Shown here piece after piece: positions 1 through 5,755 of a stretch of DNA of 10,671 nt (positions are counted from its first letter, which is position 1; each line of letters opens with the position of its first letter). This stretch comes from an uncultured Gammaproteobacteria bacterium. Its GTDB lineage: Bacteria; Patescibacteriota; Microgenomatia; Daviesbacterales; UBA10151. The translations under genes were made by a program, and so were the position numbers. The notes under the pieces were generated by a model. The model ran no database searches, was not told where the DNA came from, and saw nothing but the letters and a program-made list of their open reading frames with translations. Location of the stretch: assembly GCA_964522265.1 (NCBI GenBank), contig CAZFVS010000030.1, positions 1-10,671 of the forward strand, read 5' to 3'.

Positions 1-186
1 TAAAGTATTACCCTCAATAGCAGTAGAGGCATGGACGGTTTCAGCAGTAACCTTGGAAATAAGTTCTCTTTTATAGTTTTCCGGTAAGTTTACAGCCCTA
101 AAATAGCCAAAAACTGCTCCGATGACCTCAAGATTCTTAGTTATTTTGGGTGTAATAATGAATCTGGGAATAAACATGTTGTGCAT
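1..186 (-). CDS. Fic/DOC family protein, N-terminal 62 codons only (gene runs off the left edge)
   Basis: Not in the ORF track because it is truncated. The reverse complement of 1..186 reads MHNMFIPRFIITPKITKNLEVIGAVFGYFRAVNLPENYKRELISKVTAETVHASTAIEGNTL with no stop. The HASTAIEGN block is the conserved N-terminal helix of Fic proteins, and S-TAI-E-G fits the (S/T)xxxE(G/N) auto-inhibition motif. The start is either ATG 186..184 or ATG 177..175; AGGT at 191..188 would serve the latter. Confidence 0.75.
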   Translation of the reverse strand, partial: MHNMFIPRFIITPKITKNLEVIGAVFGYFRAVNLPENYKRELISKVTAETVHASTAIEGNTL

Positions 187-195
187 TACCTAATG

Positions 196-224
196 CCTAT
201 ATAATACCTATATGCTGCCTATAT
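196..224. repeat. Three direct CCTATAT heptamers at exact 11-nt phasing
   Basis: CCTATAT occurs at 196..202, 207..213 and 218..224. The wider context is T[G/A]CCTATAT[A/G]. On the minus strand the repeat reads ATATAGG x3 and fills the spacer and -10 of the Fic promoter. Confidence 0.8.
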
Positions 225-229
225 GTCAA
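201..229 (-). promoter_or_regulatory. Sigma70-like promoter for the Fic gene (TTGACA-17 nt-TATTAT)
   Basis: The reverse complement of 201..229 is TTGACA tataggcagcatatagg TATTAT. That gives a perfect -35 (229..224), a 17-nt spacer and a near-consensus -10 (206..201), ending about 15 nt upstream of ATG 186. Confidence 0.5.
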
Positions 230-418
230 ATTTTGAGAGCTTTTTAAACGATTCATTTTATCCTTCAAAACTATTGCAGAGCAAATTAAAAATACAAAGT
301 ATTAAATTGATAATAAATTTTTCAATATTTTATGGAGAAAAGTTACAAATGTTATACATTTTTGGGGTTGAGCAAAATACAAAACTAAAAACTGACCAAA
401 TAAAAATATAAATAATCC

Positions 419-453
419 TTGTCAAGTCTAGATTAGACTGTCACGAAAGTCTA
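419..453 (+). promoter_or_regulatory. Candidate operator: AGTCTA-N3-TAGACT palindrome plus a third AGTCTA half-site, overlapping a TTGTCA -35-like hexamer
   Basis: AGTCTA at 425..430, TAGACT at 434..439, AGTCTA at 448..453 and TTGTCA at 419..424. The site lies 64-98 nt upstream of ATG 517. I could not pair it with a convincing -10 at correct spacing. Confidence 0.3.
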
Positions 454-516
454 AAGAAATATATAAAAATATTAAAAATATAAGGGTATATACTATCCTC
501 GATCTGTCCTATAACT

Positions 517-1488
517 ATGAAAGAAATAAAACAGTTTTCACCACCAATTGCTGTGCCTTTTGAGCTGGTAAGAGGTTTATATAGATTTTCAGAAAGACTT
601 GACCAAGTGAATTGGACAGCAAGAAGAGTGCAAGATACTCAGAATGCTGAATACTTAGTTCCTCATATTTGCAAGTTTTTAGATCAAAACATCAGAAGGG
701 TAAATTATGACTCAAATAATCTAAGAGCAATAATAGGTGTTTCAGGCATAGATTCTGCTGTATCAGCCTGGCTTGCGGCAGAAACAATGCAAAGAGCAAA
801 AAAACAACAAACAGCCCAAGAAACTGATTTATTTATGGTTAATTTTAGAGCAATGAATTTAGAAGATGAACAATATGGTCGATACTGTTACCAAGCCCTC
901 AGAAACGCATATAGAGACTTAAATATTCATTTTCATTGGGCAGATATGACTAATGTTATTAAGGGAGTTGATGAGATTACGGAAGGCATCTTAGAAACTA
1001 CTAAACATCCAAAATCTTGGCCAGCAGAGCCGACAACCGGATTGATCGATGTCACTACTGTCAGCATGGGTTATAAAGTATGGGCAGCAGCTCTTGATTC
1101 GACAAATAAAACAGAGGAGGTTTTAGGAGAGATAAATATTCCATCCGGTTGTTCAATAAAGATCCTAGCAAACCTTTGGAAGAGTCAAGTATATGATTTG
1201 GGAGAAATTTTAGGCATTCCTAAGACAATACTAAATAGAAAGCCAATTAACTCGACTTATGGAACTTCTAAAATAGACTCATATTTTGGAGAAATCCCAA
1301 GTGGGTTTACCCCTCGAGAAACATACCAGGTTTTAGATCTAGTACTTGAACAGTTATATCAGGATGGAAAATCAGTAGACGAAGTTTCTCAAGGGTTAGG
1401 ACATTCTAAAGAATTTATTCAACGAGTCAAGACGAAAATTGATAGTCAAAATCATCGCAGAAAAATCCCAACCTTCCAACCCTTATGA
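517..1488 (+). CDS. NadE-like PP-loop ATP pyrophosphatase family protein (divergent; PP-loop one glycine short)
   Basis: 323-aa ORF. By eye it is collinear with NH3-dependent NAD+ synthetase: IIGVSGIDSAV matches G-SGGxDS, STNKTEEVLGE matches GT-x-AE-x-G, LWKSQVYDLGEILGIPKTILNRKP matches L-K-x-V-x-L-x-LG-P-x-I-x-K-P, and the C-terminal NHRRKIP matches HKR-x-P. Several NadE signature residues are replaced (see findings). Confidence 0.7.
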   Translation: MKEIKQFSPPIAVPFELVRGLYRFSERLDQVNWTARRVQDTQNAEYLVPHICKFLDQNIRRVNYDSNNLRAIIGVSGIDSAVSAWLAAETMQRAKKQQTAQETDLFMVNFRAMNLEDEQYGRYCYQALRNAYRDLNIHFHWADMTNVIKGVDEITEGILETTKHPKSWPAEPTTGLIDVTTVSMGYKVWAAALDSTNKTEEVLGEINIPSGCSIKILANLWKSQVYDLGEILGIPKTILNRKPINSTYGTSKIDSYFGEIPSGFTPRETYQVLDLVLEQLYQDGKSVDEVSQGLGHSKEFIQRVKTKIDSQNHRRKIPTFQPL

Positions 1489-2333
1489 AAACGACCGTTT
1501 CGCTTGTCCAATTCGAGGCTAAAATAAATGCATTTGAAGAGGCTTTTAGACAAGCGGAGTTTTTTATTGCTCAGGCAACAACGGAAGAAGCTAAATTTGT
1601 TTGTTTCCCAGAAGATTTTATCTCAGGAGCATTAGACTATTATGTCGATTCTCCGAAAACTATCGATTATATAGTTGAAAAACTTCCCCAAATATATAAA
1701 CAAAAGTTTATAGAATTTTCTCAAAAATACAGTATTACCATTATTGCTGGAACAATTTATGAAAAATTGAAAGATAGGAAAGTAGTAAATAGAAGTTACA
1801 TTTTTAAGGATGGAAGAATTATTTATCATTATGACAAAATAAATCTTTATTTTACGGAGAAAGAACTTGTTTCACCTGGACAAAAATTGCCTGAAGTAAT
1901 TGAAGTAGAGGGAGTTAAGATTACAACTGTAATTTGTAAAGATTTATATTATCCAGACCTTTTTCAATATTTAGCAAAAAAAGGTACAGAGATCGTTTTT
2001 ATCCCTACCTATTGGTCAGCCAACTGCACCGACTATGAAATTCATAAAGACAAAATATCAAGATACAAGGTGAGATTCTTAGCTAACAGTGTTTCGAAAA
2101 TCCTAGCTGAAGCAAGAGCTATTGAAAATGGAATGTATATAGTATTTGCAAATTGTTGTGGCACGATAAGATTAAAAGATTATTTTGACATTCTGATGGG
2201 TAAGTCGTTTATGGTTTCTCCTTTGGAAGGAATTATCTCTAAAACATCTTTTATGAAAAAGCAGCTTATATTTACGAGTAATTTAGATCTACAGGCAATT
2301 GAAGATGCAAAATCTATTTTTGACATCCTTTGA
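1485..2333 (+). CDS. Carbon-nitrogen hydrolase (nitrilase superfamily) protein
   Basis: 282-aa ORF with an ATGA start/stop overlap with the upstream gene. The Glu-Lys-Cys triad contexts are present: VCFPEDF (E43), HYDKINLY (K118) and TTVICKDLYYP (C151). The family block ARAIENGMYIVFANCCG is also present. Confidence 0.85.
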   Translation: MKTTVSLVQFEAKINAFEEAFRQAEFFIAQATTEEAKFVCFPEDFISGALDYYVDSPKTIDYIVEKLPQIYKQKFIEFSQKYSITIIAGTIYEKLKDRKVVNRSYIFKDGRIIYHYDKINLYFTEKELVSPGQKLPEVIEVEGVKITTVICKDLYYPDLFQYLAKKGTEIVFIPTYWSANCTDYEIHKDKISRYKVRFLANSVSKILAEARAIENGMYIVFANCCGTIRLKDYFDILMGKSFMVSPLEGIISKTSFMKKQLIFTSNLDLQAIEDAKSIFDIL

Positions 2334-2337
2334 CTTT

Positions 2338-2853
2338 ATGAAAGAACAAATTTTAGTTGAACAGGTAAAAAAAGAGCAGCTAGATGTATATTTTCAAACT
2401 TTTTGTAGGTTAATAAATGAGCTTTTCCCTGAATATTCTGAGAGAGTGAGACGATTTTTTTATACTGATCCTCGGGCAATTAATAGAGAAGGGTTAGATA
2501 TAATGTTTAACCGAGGTGATATTCTATTAGCAGCTCATAACCAAGTAGATATTATGGGGATTTTAATTGCAGGAAAACCATTTGGTGGGGTAAGTACAGC
2601 CCATTGGTTTGCTATTGATCCTGCTTATCAAGGAAGAGGGTTGGGAACTCGTATGGTCCGAACTTATGAAGATCTTGTCAGCAGTATGGGCGCTCACTCT
2701 ATTCGCTTTGAAACTGCTGCAAAAAATAGGAAATATTATCAAAGATATGGCTATCAATTAATTGGTTTTGATGAAACAAGCACTTTTGGAACACCTAACG
2801 ATTTGTTTAGAAAACTTCTTCAAGAACCTCAAGAGAGTAATTTTCTAAAATGA
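2338..2853 (+). CDS. GNAT family N-acetyltransferase
   Basis: Acetyl-CoA binding motif A reads IDPAYQGRGLGTRMV (Q/R-x-x-G-x-G/A), followed by YYQRYGYQLIG. I prefer ATG 2338, which lies 4 nt after the upstream stop. The track start at 2299 would overlap the hydrolase by 35 nt and add a non-conserved MKMQNLFLTSFDF. Confidence 0.85.
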   Translation: MKEQILVEQVKKEQLDVYFQTFCRLINELFPEYSERVRRFFYTDPRAINREGLDIMFNRGDILLAAHNQVDIMGILIAGKPFGGVSTAHWFAIDPAYQGRGLGTRMVRTYEDLVSSMGAHSIRFETAAKNRKYYQRYGYQLIGFDETSTFGTPNDLFRKLLQEPQESNFLK

Positions 2854-2960
2854 ACGCCTGTTTTTTGTGCCTAAATTTGTGTTTTTAGGGATATTGTGAT
2901 AATTGGTACTATAATCTTTAGTAATTTATCTTCCTCTAAAGTTTCATTAAATAAGTTTTG

Positions 2961-3042
2961 GAGTCCTTCGGTAAAGTTTACACTGAGCGAAGCCGAAGTG
3001 CTCAGGACCTTTGGTCCGACCCGAGTACCAGCTCTCGCTCCC
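2961..3042. other. GC-rich structured island in an AT-rich spacer (candidate ncRNA, leader or terminator; strand unresolved)
   Basis: Hand count: 47 of 82 nt are G/C, against 13 of 60 in the flanking 2901..2960. Hairpin 1 is CTGAGC (2983..2988) / GCTCAG (3000..3005) with an 11-nt loop. Hairpin 2 is GGACC-TTT-GGTCC (3005..3017). A competing outer pairing is GAGCGA (2985..2990) / TCGCTC (3035..3040). The island contains GCGAAGC at 2987..2993. Confidence 0.3.
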
Positions 3043-3056
3043 AAATGTATTGATTG

Positions 3057-3085
3057 TTGCAGAAACAATTAGTAATCAGTATAAT
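3057..3085 (+). promoter_or_regulatory. Sigma70-like promoter for rpmG (TTGCAG-17 nt-TATAAT)
   Basis: TTGCAG at 3057..3062, a 17-nt spacer and a perfect TATAAT at 3080..3085, 17 nt before ATG 3103. This implies a very short leader. Confidence 0.5.
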
Positions 3086-3102
3086 TCATACTCGTATCCA
3101 GT

Positions 3103-3276
3103 ATGGCTAAAAAAGATAACAGGCAAGACATTGGTTTGGAGTGTTCTGTTTGTAAAAGCAGAAATTATGTCACGGAAAAAAACACCTTAAATACCAAAGA
3201 AAAACTCAGTTTAAAAAAGTTCTGCAGGAAATGCCGAAAAGTCCAGACCCACAACGAATTTTCTAAACTTAAATGA
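3103..3276 (+). CDS. rpmG: 50S ribosomal protein L33 (zinc-ribbon form)
   Basis: 57-aa ORF, below the track length cut-off: MAKKDNRQDIGLECSVCKSRNYVTEKNTLNTKEKLSLKKFCRKCRKVQTHNEFSKLK. It has the typical L33 length, basic composition and CxxC...CxxC pair, and ends at TGA 3274..3276. Confidence 0.9.
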   Translation: MAKKDNRQDIGLECSVCKSRNYVTEKNTLNTKEKLSLKKFCRKCRKVQTHNEFSKLK

Positions 3277-3349
3277 ATTCATAGATCGATTTGGCAATCC
3301 GCCAGTTTAGTGATTGTTTTTCTTCCTGATTTTTGAAATACTAAAATTA

Positions 3350-4147
3350 ATGTATCTCAATCAAAAGGGGAATCTTCTGGTTATTTTTTGTATTTTAGCG
3401 CTTATTTTGGCCGTTTCAACTGGGACTTATTATTTAGGAATAAATAAAGATAGATTTTTCCCTTCCAGACAACCCGAAACAACTTATCTTCCAGCCCCTA
3501 CCCCTCTTTGTCATTCTCCAATAGAACCGCAGGAAGGTTGGCTAAAAAAACAATTCAGCAACGATTCCAAGTTTGTCGAAAATATTGATTACCCAAAAGA
3601 GTTAACTGATATTTGTGATAATCAATTAATAAGTATGGGTTGTGGTTTCCCTTATATCAGACAAGCAAATGGAAATTATACATATACTGAAACCGTAAAA
3701 GAAGGATCCAATACAAAATCAACTTCCCTAACAGTGACGCAAGAAGATACCTTAGATAATATACACAGATTAAGTAGAATGCTGCCGGGGGAAAGTATAG
3801 ACAAAGTTAGGTTTTGTCTTCTGCAAAATAAGGATATAATCGCTGTTTATGAGCATTGGGCAGGTGGTGGCGGGTCAAAAAATACCTCTTATCTTGCTAC
3901 GCTTGCTGCCGAAGGTGGGGTAATTGAATTTGGTTCTATCCCAAACCCCGGGATAGCATATTTTACTTGTGATCAACCATTATTGCTGACTGAATCTGCT
4001 TTATTCTTGGAGTGTAGGGGTGGTGATGGACCTTCAGGTTCTAAAACAATCTACAAAATTGACCGGAAAACTAAAGAGGCAAAGAATGTTTTACAATGTG
4101 ATTTTTTGAGTGATGAAAGCGGTAAGATAACTACCAGTTGTAAGTAA
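3350..4147 (+). CDS. Hypothetical membrane-anchored, cysteine-rich extracytoplasmic protein
   Basis: The track ORF 3314..4147 begins at a TTG. ATG 3350 gives MYLNQKGNLLVIFCILALILAVSTGTYYL, a basic n-region followed by a hydrophobic anchor. About ten Cys are scattered through the soluble part. I recognise no family motif. Confidence 0.6.
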   Translation: MYLNQKGNLLVIFCILALILAVSTGTYYLGINKDRFFPSRQPETTYLPAPTPLCHSPIEPQEGWLKKQFSNDSKFVENIDYPKELTDICDNQLISMGCGFPYIRQANGNYTYTETVKEGSNTKSTSLTVTQEDTLDNIHRLSRMLPGESIDKVRFCLLQNKDIIAVYEHWAGGGGSKNTSYLATLAAEGGVIEFGSIPNPGIAYFTCDQPLLLTESALFLECRGGDGPSGSKTIYKIDRKTKEAKNVLQCDFLSDESGKITTSCK

Positions 4148-4156
4148 ATTAAGATT

Positions 4157-5548
4157 ATGGCTGAAAAAGAGTCTTTAGAATACATTAAAAAAGGCGTGGA
4201 TTCGGGTTTTCCAATTGATCAGCTTTTAGAAGCAGCGGTGGAGTTCAAAAATCAATCAAAATCTTCAGCACTATCTAATAATGTAAATATTGAAATAAAA
4301 AATTTAACAGCTTCTAAAGTCTTGCTCTTTTTAGGCGGGTTAATAACAGTAATAGCGGGAATCATTTATATAACCCTAAACTGGAAAGAATGGAACTCTA
4401 TTTATCGGATATTAGCAATCTTCCTGCCGATGTTGATTTCATACAGTACAGGAGTTTATCTCTGGTTTTATTCTAAGTATCAAAAACAATCATTGGCTTT
4501 TTTATGTACTGGTTCTTTATTGTTCCCGTTTTTTTTAATGATTTTATTTAAAGAACTGCATATTTTTGACCAGGCTAAAACAAATGAATTGGGTTTAACA
4601 ATTTCTGTTTTAAGTTTTATCCAATTTTTAGTTCTAAATCTTTTATTTAAAAGCCAACTTTGGCCTTTTTTATACGGCGTATCTGGGATATTTGTCCATA
4701 GTTTCCTTTATGCGATTTTTAAATGGGATTTTTTGGGTAAGTACACTCAATTTTGGACTGCAAGTTTATTAGGATTGGCATATCTTATCCTGGGAACATA
4801 TTTAAATGAGGACAAATCAGAGCAGGAGTATGGTAAATATCTATCAATATTAGGAGCTTTAACATCAGTTGCATCAATATTACTGCTGATTTTTACTCAC
4901 AAAATTGATGACATAGCAACTTGGTATATGATTGTTCCAATTGTATTCTATTTTTTTATCGGCTGTTACTTTGAAGCAGAGTCTAAAAAATCTTCTGCTC
5001 AAATTTTTTATTTCTTGGGCTGTTTTACAGTATTTATAACGAGTATAAAGTTAGCCATCGGCGGCCAAATAATGCACCTGCTTGGCCTCAGTAAAATTCA
5101 CGATCCTGTTAATTTTCAAACAGGTTTCTCGGTTGTGATTGTTGGGATTTTATATCTAGTACTCGCTGCAATTTTTAGAAAAATGAAATCCTTCAGGCTT
5201 GAGCTCCTTTTGAATTATTCTGCTTTTTTTGATTTTTTTGCTGTATTTTTTATATTGGGCGGGATTTTTAATTTAGGCCTTAGCGGAAAATATTTTGTTT
5301 ATGAGACGCTTCTTCTTGTTTCAAGTTTAGGATTTATTTTTTGGAGTATACCAAAAAAATCTATTTCATATCTTTATATTGGAACCTTATTTCTAGTCAT
5401 TTATATTTTTGATATAGGTGGGGAATATTTTCAGAACTCTGTCGGTTGGCCAATAACTTTGTTTATTTCAGGGTTGGTTGCAATGGGAATAGGTATTTTA
5501 ATGGAAAAATTAAGGAGAGATTATTTTTCACCAAAATCAAATCAATAG
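4157..5548 (+). CDS. Hypothetical polytopic integral membrane protein (about 13-14 predicted TM segments) with a roughly 55-aa soluble N-terminus
   Basis: 463-aa ORF starting 9 nt after the previous stop. Long hydrophobic runs occur throughout, and codon usage matches the neighbours. The layout is loosely reminiscent of DUF2157-type membrane proteins, but I cannot confirm this. Confidence 0.75.
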   Translation: MAEKESLEYIKKGVDSGFPIDQLLEAAVEFKNQSKSSALSNNVNIEIKNLTASKVLLFLGGLITVIAGIIYITLNWKEWNSIYRILAIFLPMLISYSTGVYLWFYSKYQKQSLAFLCTGSLLFPFFLMILFKELHIFDQAKTNELGLTISVLSFIQFLVLNLLFKSQLWPFLYGVSGIFVHSFLYAIFKWDFLGKYTQFWTASLLGLAYLILGTYLNEDKSEQEYGKYLSILGALTSVASILLLIFTHKIDDIATWYMIVPIVFYFFIGCYFEAESKKSSAQIFYFLGCFTVFITSIKLAIGGQIMHLLGLSKIHDPVNFQTGFSVVIVGILYLVLAAIFRKMKSFRLELLLNYSAFFDFFAVFFILGGIFNLGLSGKYFVYETLLLVSSLGFIFWSIPKKSISYLYIGTLFLVIYIFDIGGEYFQNSVGWPITLFISGLVAMGIGILMEKLRRDYFSPKSNQ

Positions 5549-5593
5549 TTCCCAATCTTCAAATCTGAAACTTTTCCCTCTGCTCTGTTTCTA

Positions 5594-5599
5594 GTATAA
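5594..5599 (+). promoter_or_regulatory. Candidate -10 box (TATAAT) for tRNA-Trp
   Basis: A perfect TATAAT ends 9 nt before tRNA position 1. The -35 region is weak (cttttc at 5571..5576). Confidence 0.35.
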
Positions 5600-5608
5600 T
5601 TCCTACAT

Positions 5609-5682
5609 ACGGGTGTGGTGAAATGGTATCACAGCAGTCTCCAAAACTGCTTTTCCAGGTCCGAATCCTGGCACCCGTGCCA
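5609..5682 (+). tRNA. trnW: tRNA-Trp (anticodon CCA), 74 nt with genomically encoded CCA
   Basis: Folded by hand. Acceptor ACGGGTG (5609..5615) pairs with CACCCGT (5672..5678). D-arm is GTGA/TCAC with a GG-containing loop. Anticodon stem is GCAGT/ACTGC with loop CTCCAAA (U33, CCA at 5641..5643, A37). The variable loop is 4 nt. T-arm is CCAGG/CCTGG with loop TCCGAAT. Discriminator is G73 and the first pair is A1-U72, as in bacterial tRNA-Trp. Confidence 0.9.
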
Positions 5683-5693
5683 TCGGGGTTCGG

Positions 5694-5731
5694 CTCCGGC
5701 GAAGCCACGCCAAAGGCGGGCGAAGCCGGAG
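5694..5731 (+). terminator. Very GC-rich 14-bp imperfect hairpin after tRNA-Trp (possible terminator, processing or stability element)
   Basis: The fold is CTCCGGC-gaa-GCC-a-CGCC-aaa-GGCG-GGC-gaa-GCCGGAG. 28 of 38 nt are G/C. The downstream sequence is ggcgtaTTTTc, so the T-run is short and displaced, which makes a classical intrinsic terminator uncertain. Confidence 0.4.
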
Positions 5732-5745
5732 GGCGTATTTTCCCT

Positions 5746-5755
5746 GCACCCGTGC
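5746..5755 (+). repeat. Exact 10-nt copy (GCACCCGTGC) of the tRNA-Trp 3' acceptor end
   Basis: 5671..5680 equals 5746..5755, 75 nt apart. The upstream context is also similar (cctg vs ccct). The copy sits just before ATG 5762. Confidence 0.8.

Noticed and set aside
223-411. 62-aa ORF in the Fic / NadE-like spacer
   Set aside because: The sequence is extremely AT-rich, low-complexity and Lys/Ile/Asn/Phe-dominated. It begins inside the Fic promoter and repeat array and has no recognisable motif. It is on the wrong strand to be a Fic antitoxin. It is most likely a chance ORF in AT-rich DNA.
187-420. Search for a small Fic antitoxin (VbhA-like) upstream of Fic on the minus strand
   Set aside because: Only 9- and 19-codon ORFs exist on that strand, and neither carries an (S/T)xxxE(G/N) motif. 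The Fic N-terminus itself carries STAIEG, so intramolecular inhibition explains the missing antitoxin.
1632-1829. Antisense or shadow ORFs: 1632..1829(-), 2563..2757(-), 5834..6052(-), 7228..7449(-), 8596..8832(+), 8633..8818(+)
   Set aside because: Each lies wholly inside a longer ORF on the opposite strand that has clear family motifs or membrane-protein character. They have no motifs of their own and no credible start context.
2910-2915. TATAAT at 2910..2915 as a firm promoter driving island A as the rpmG leader
   Set aside because: No acceptable -35 lies at 16-19 nt (ttaggg at a 19-nt spacer is poor). TATAAT-like hexamers arise by chance in DNA this AT-rich. I keep it only as one hypothesis within the island A finding.
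2961-3042. Island A as a small SRP (4.5S) RNA or a tRNA on the minus strand
   Set aside because: It lacks the SRP domain IV signature (GNAR tetraloop with a flanking GGAAGCAGC-type symmetric loop). The GGACC-AAA-GGTCC stem has only a 3-nt loop, and no acceptor-stem pairing is possible.
2871-3068. 65-aa minus-strand ORF across GC island A, and a start-less plus-strand frame ending CIDCCRNN
   Set aside because: Both strands are open only because the region is palindromic and GC-rich. The plus frame has no ATG. Composition and codon usage differ from all neighbouring genes, and the ORF would run through the rpmG promoter. I treat the region as a nucleic-acid-level element.
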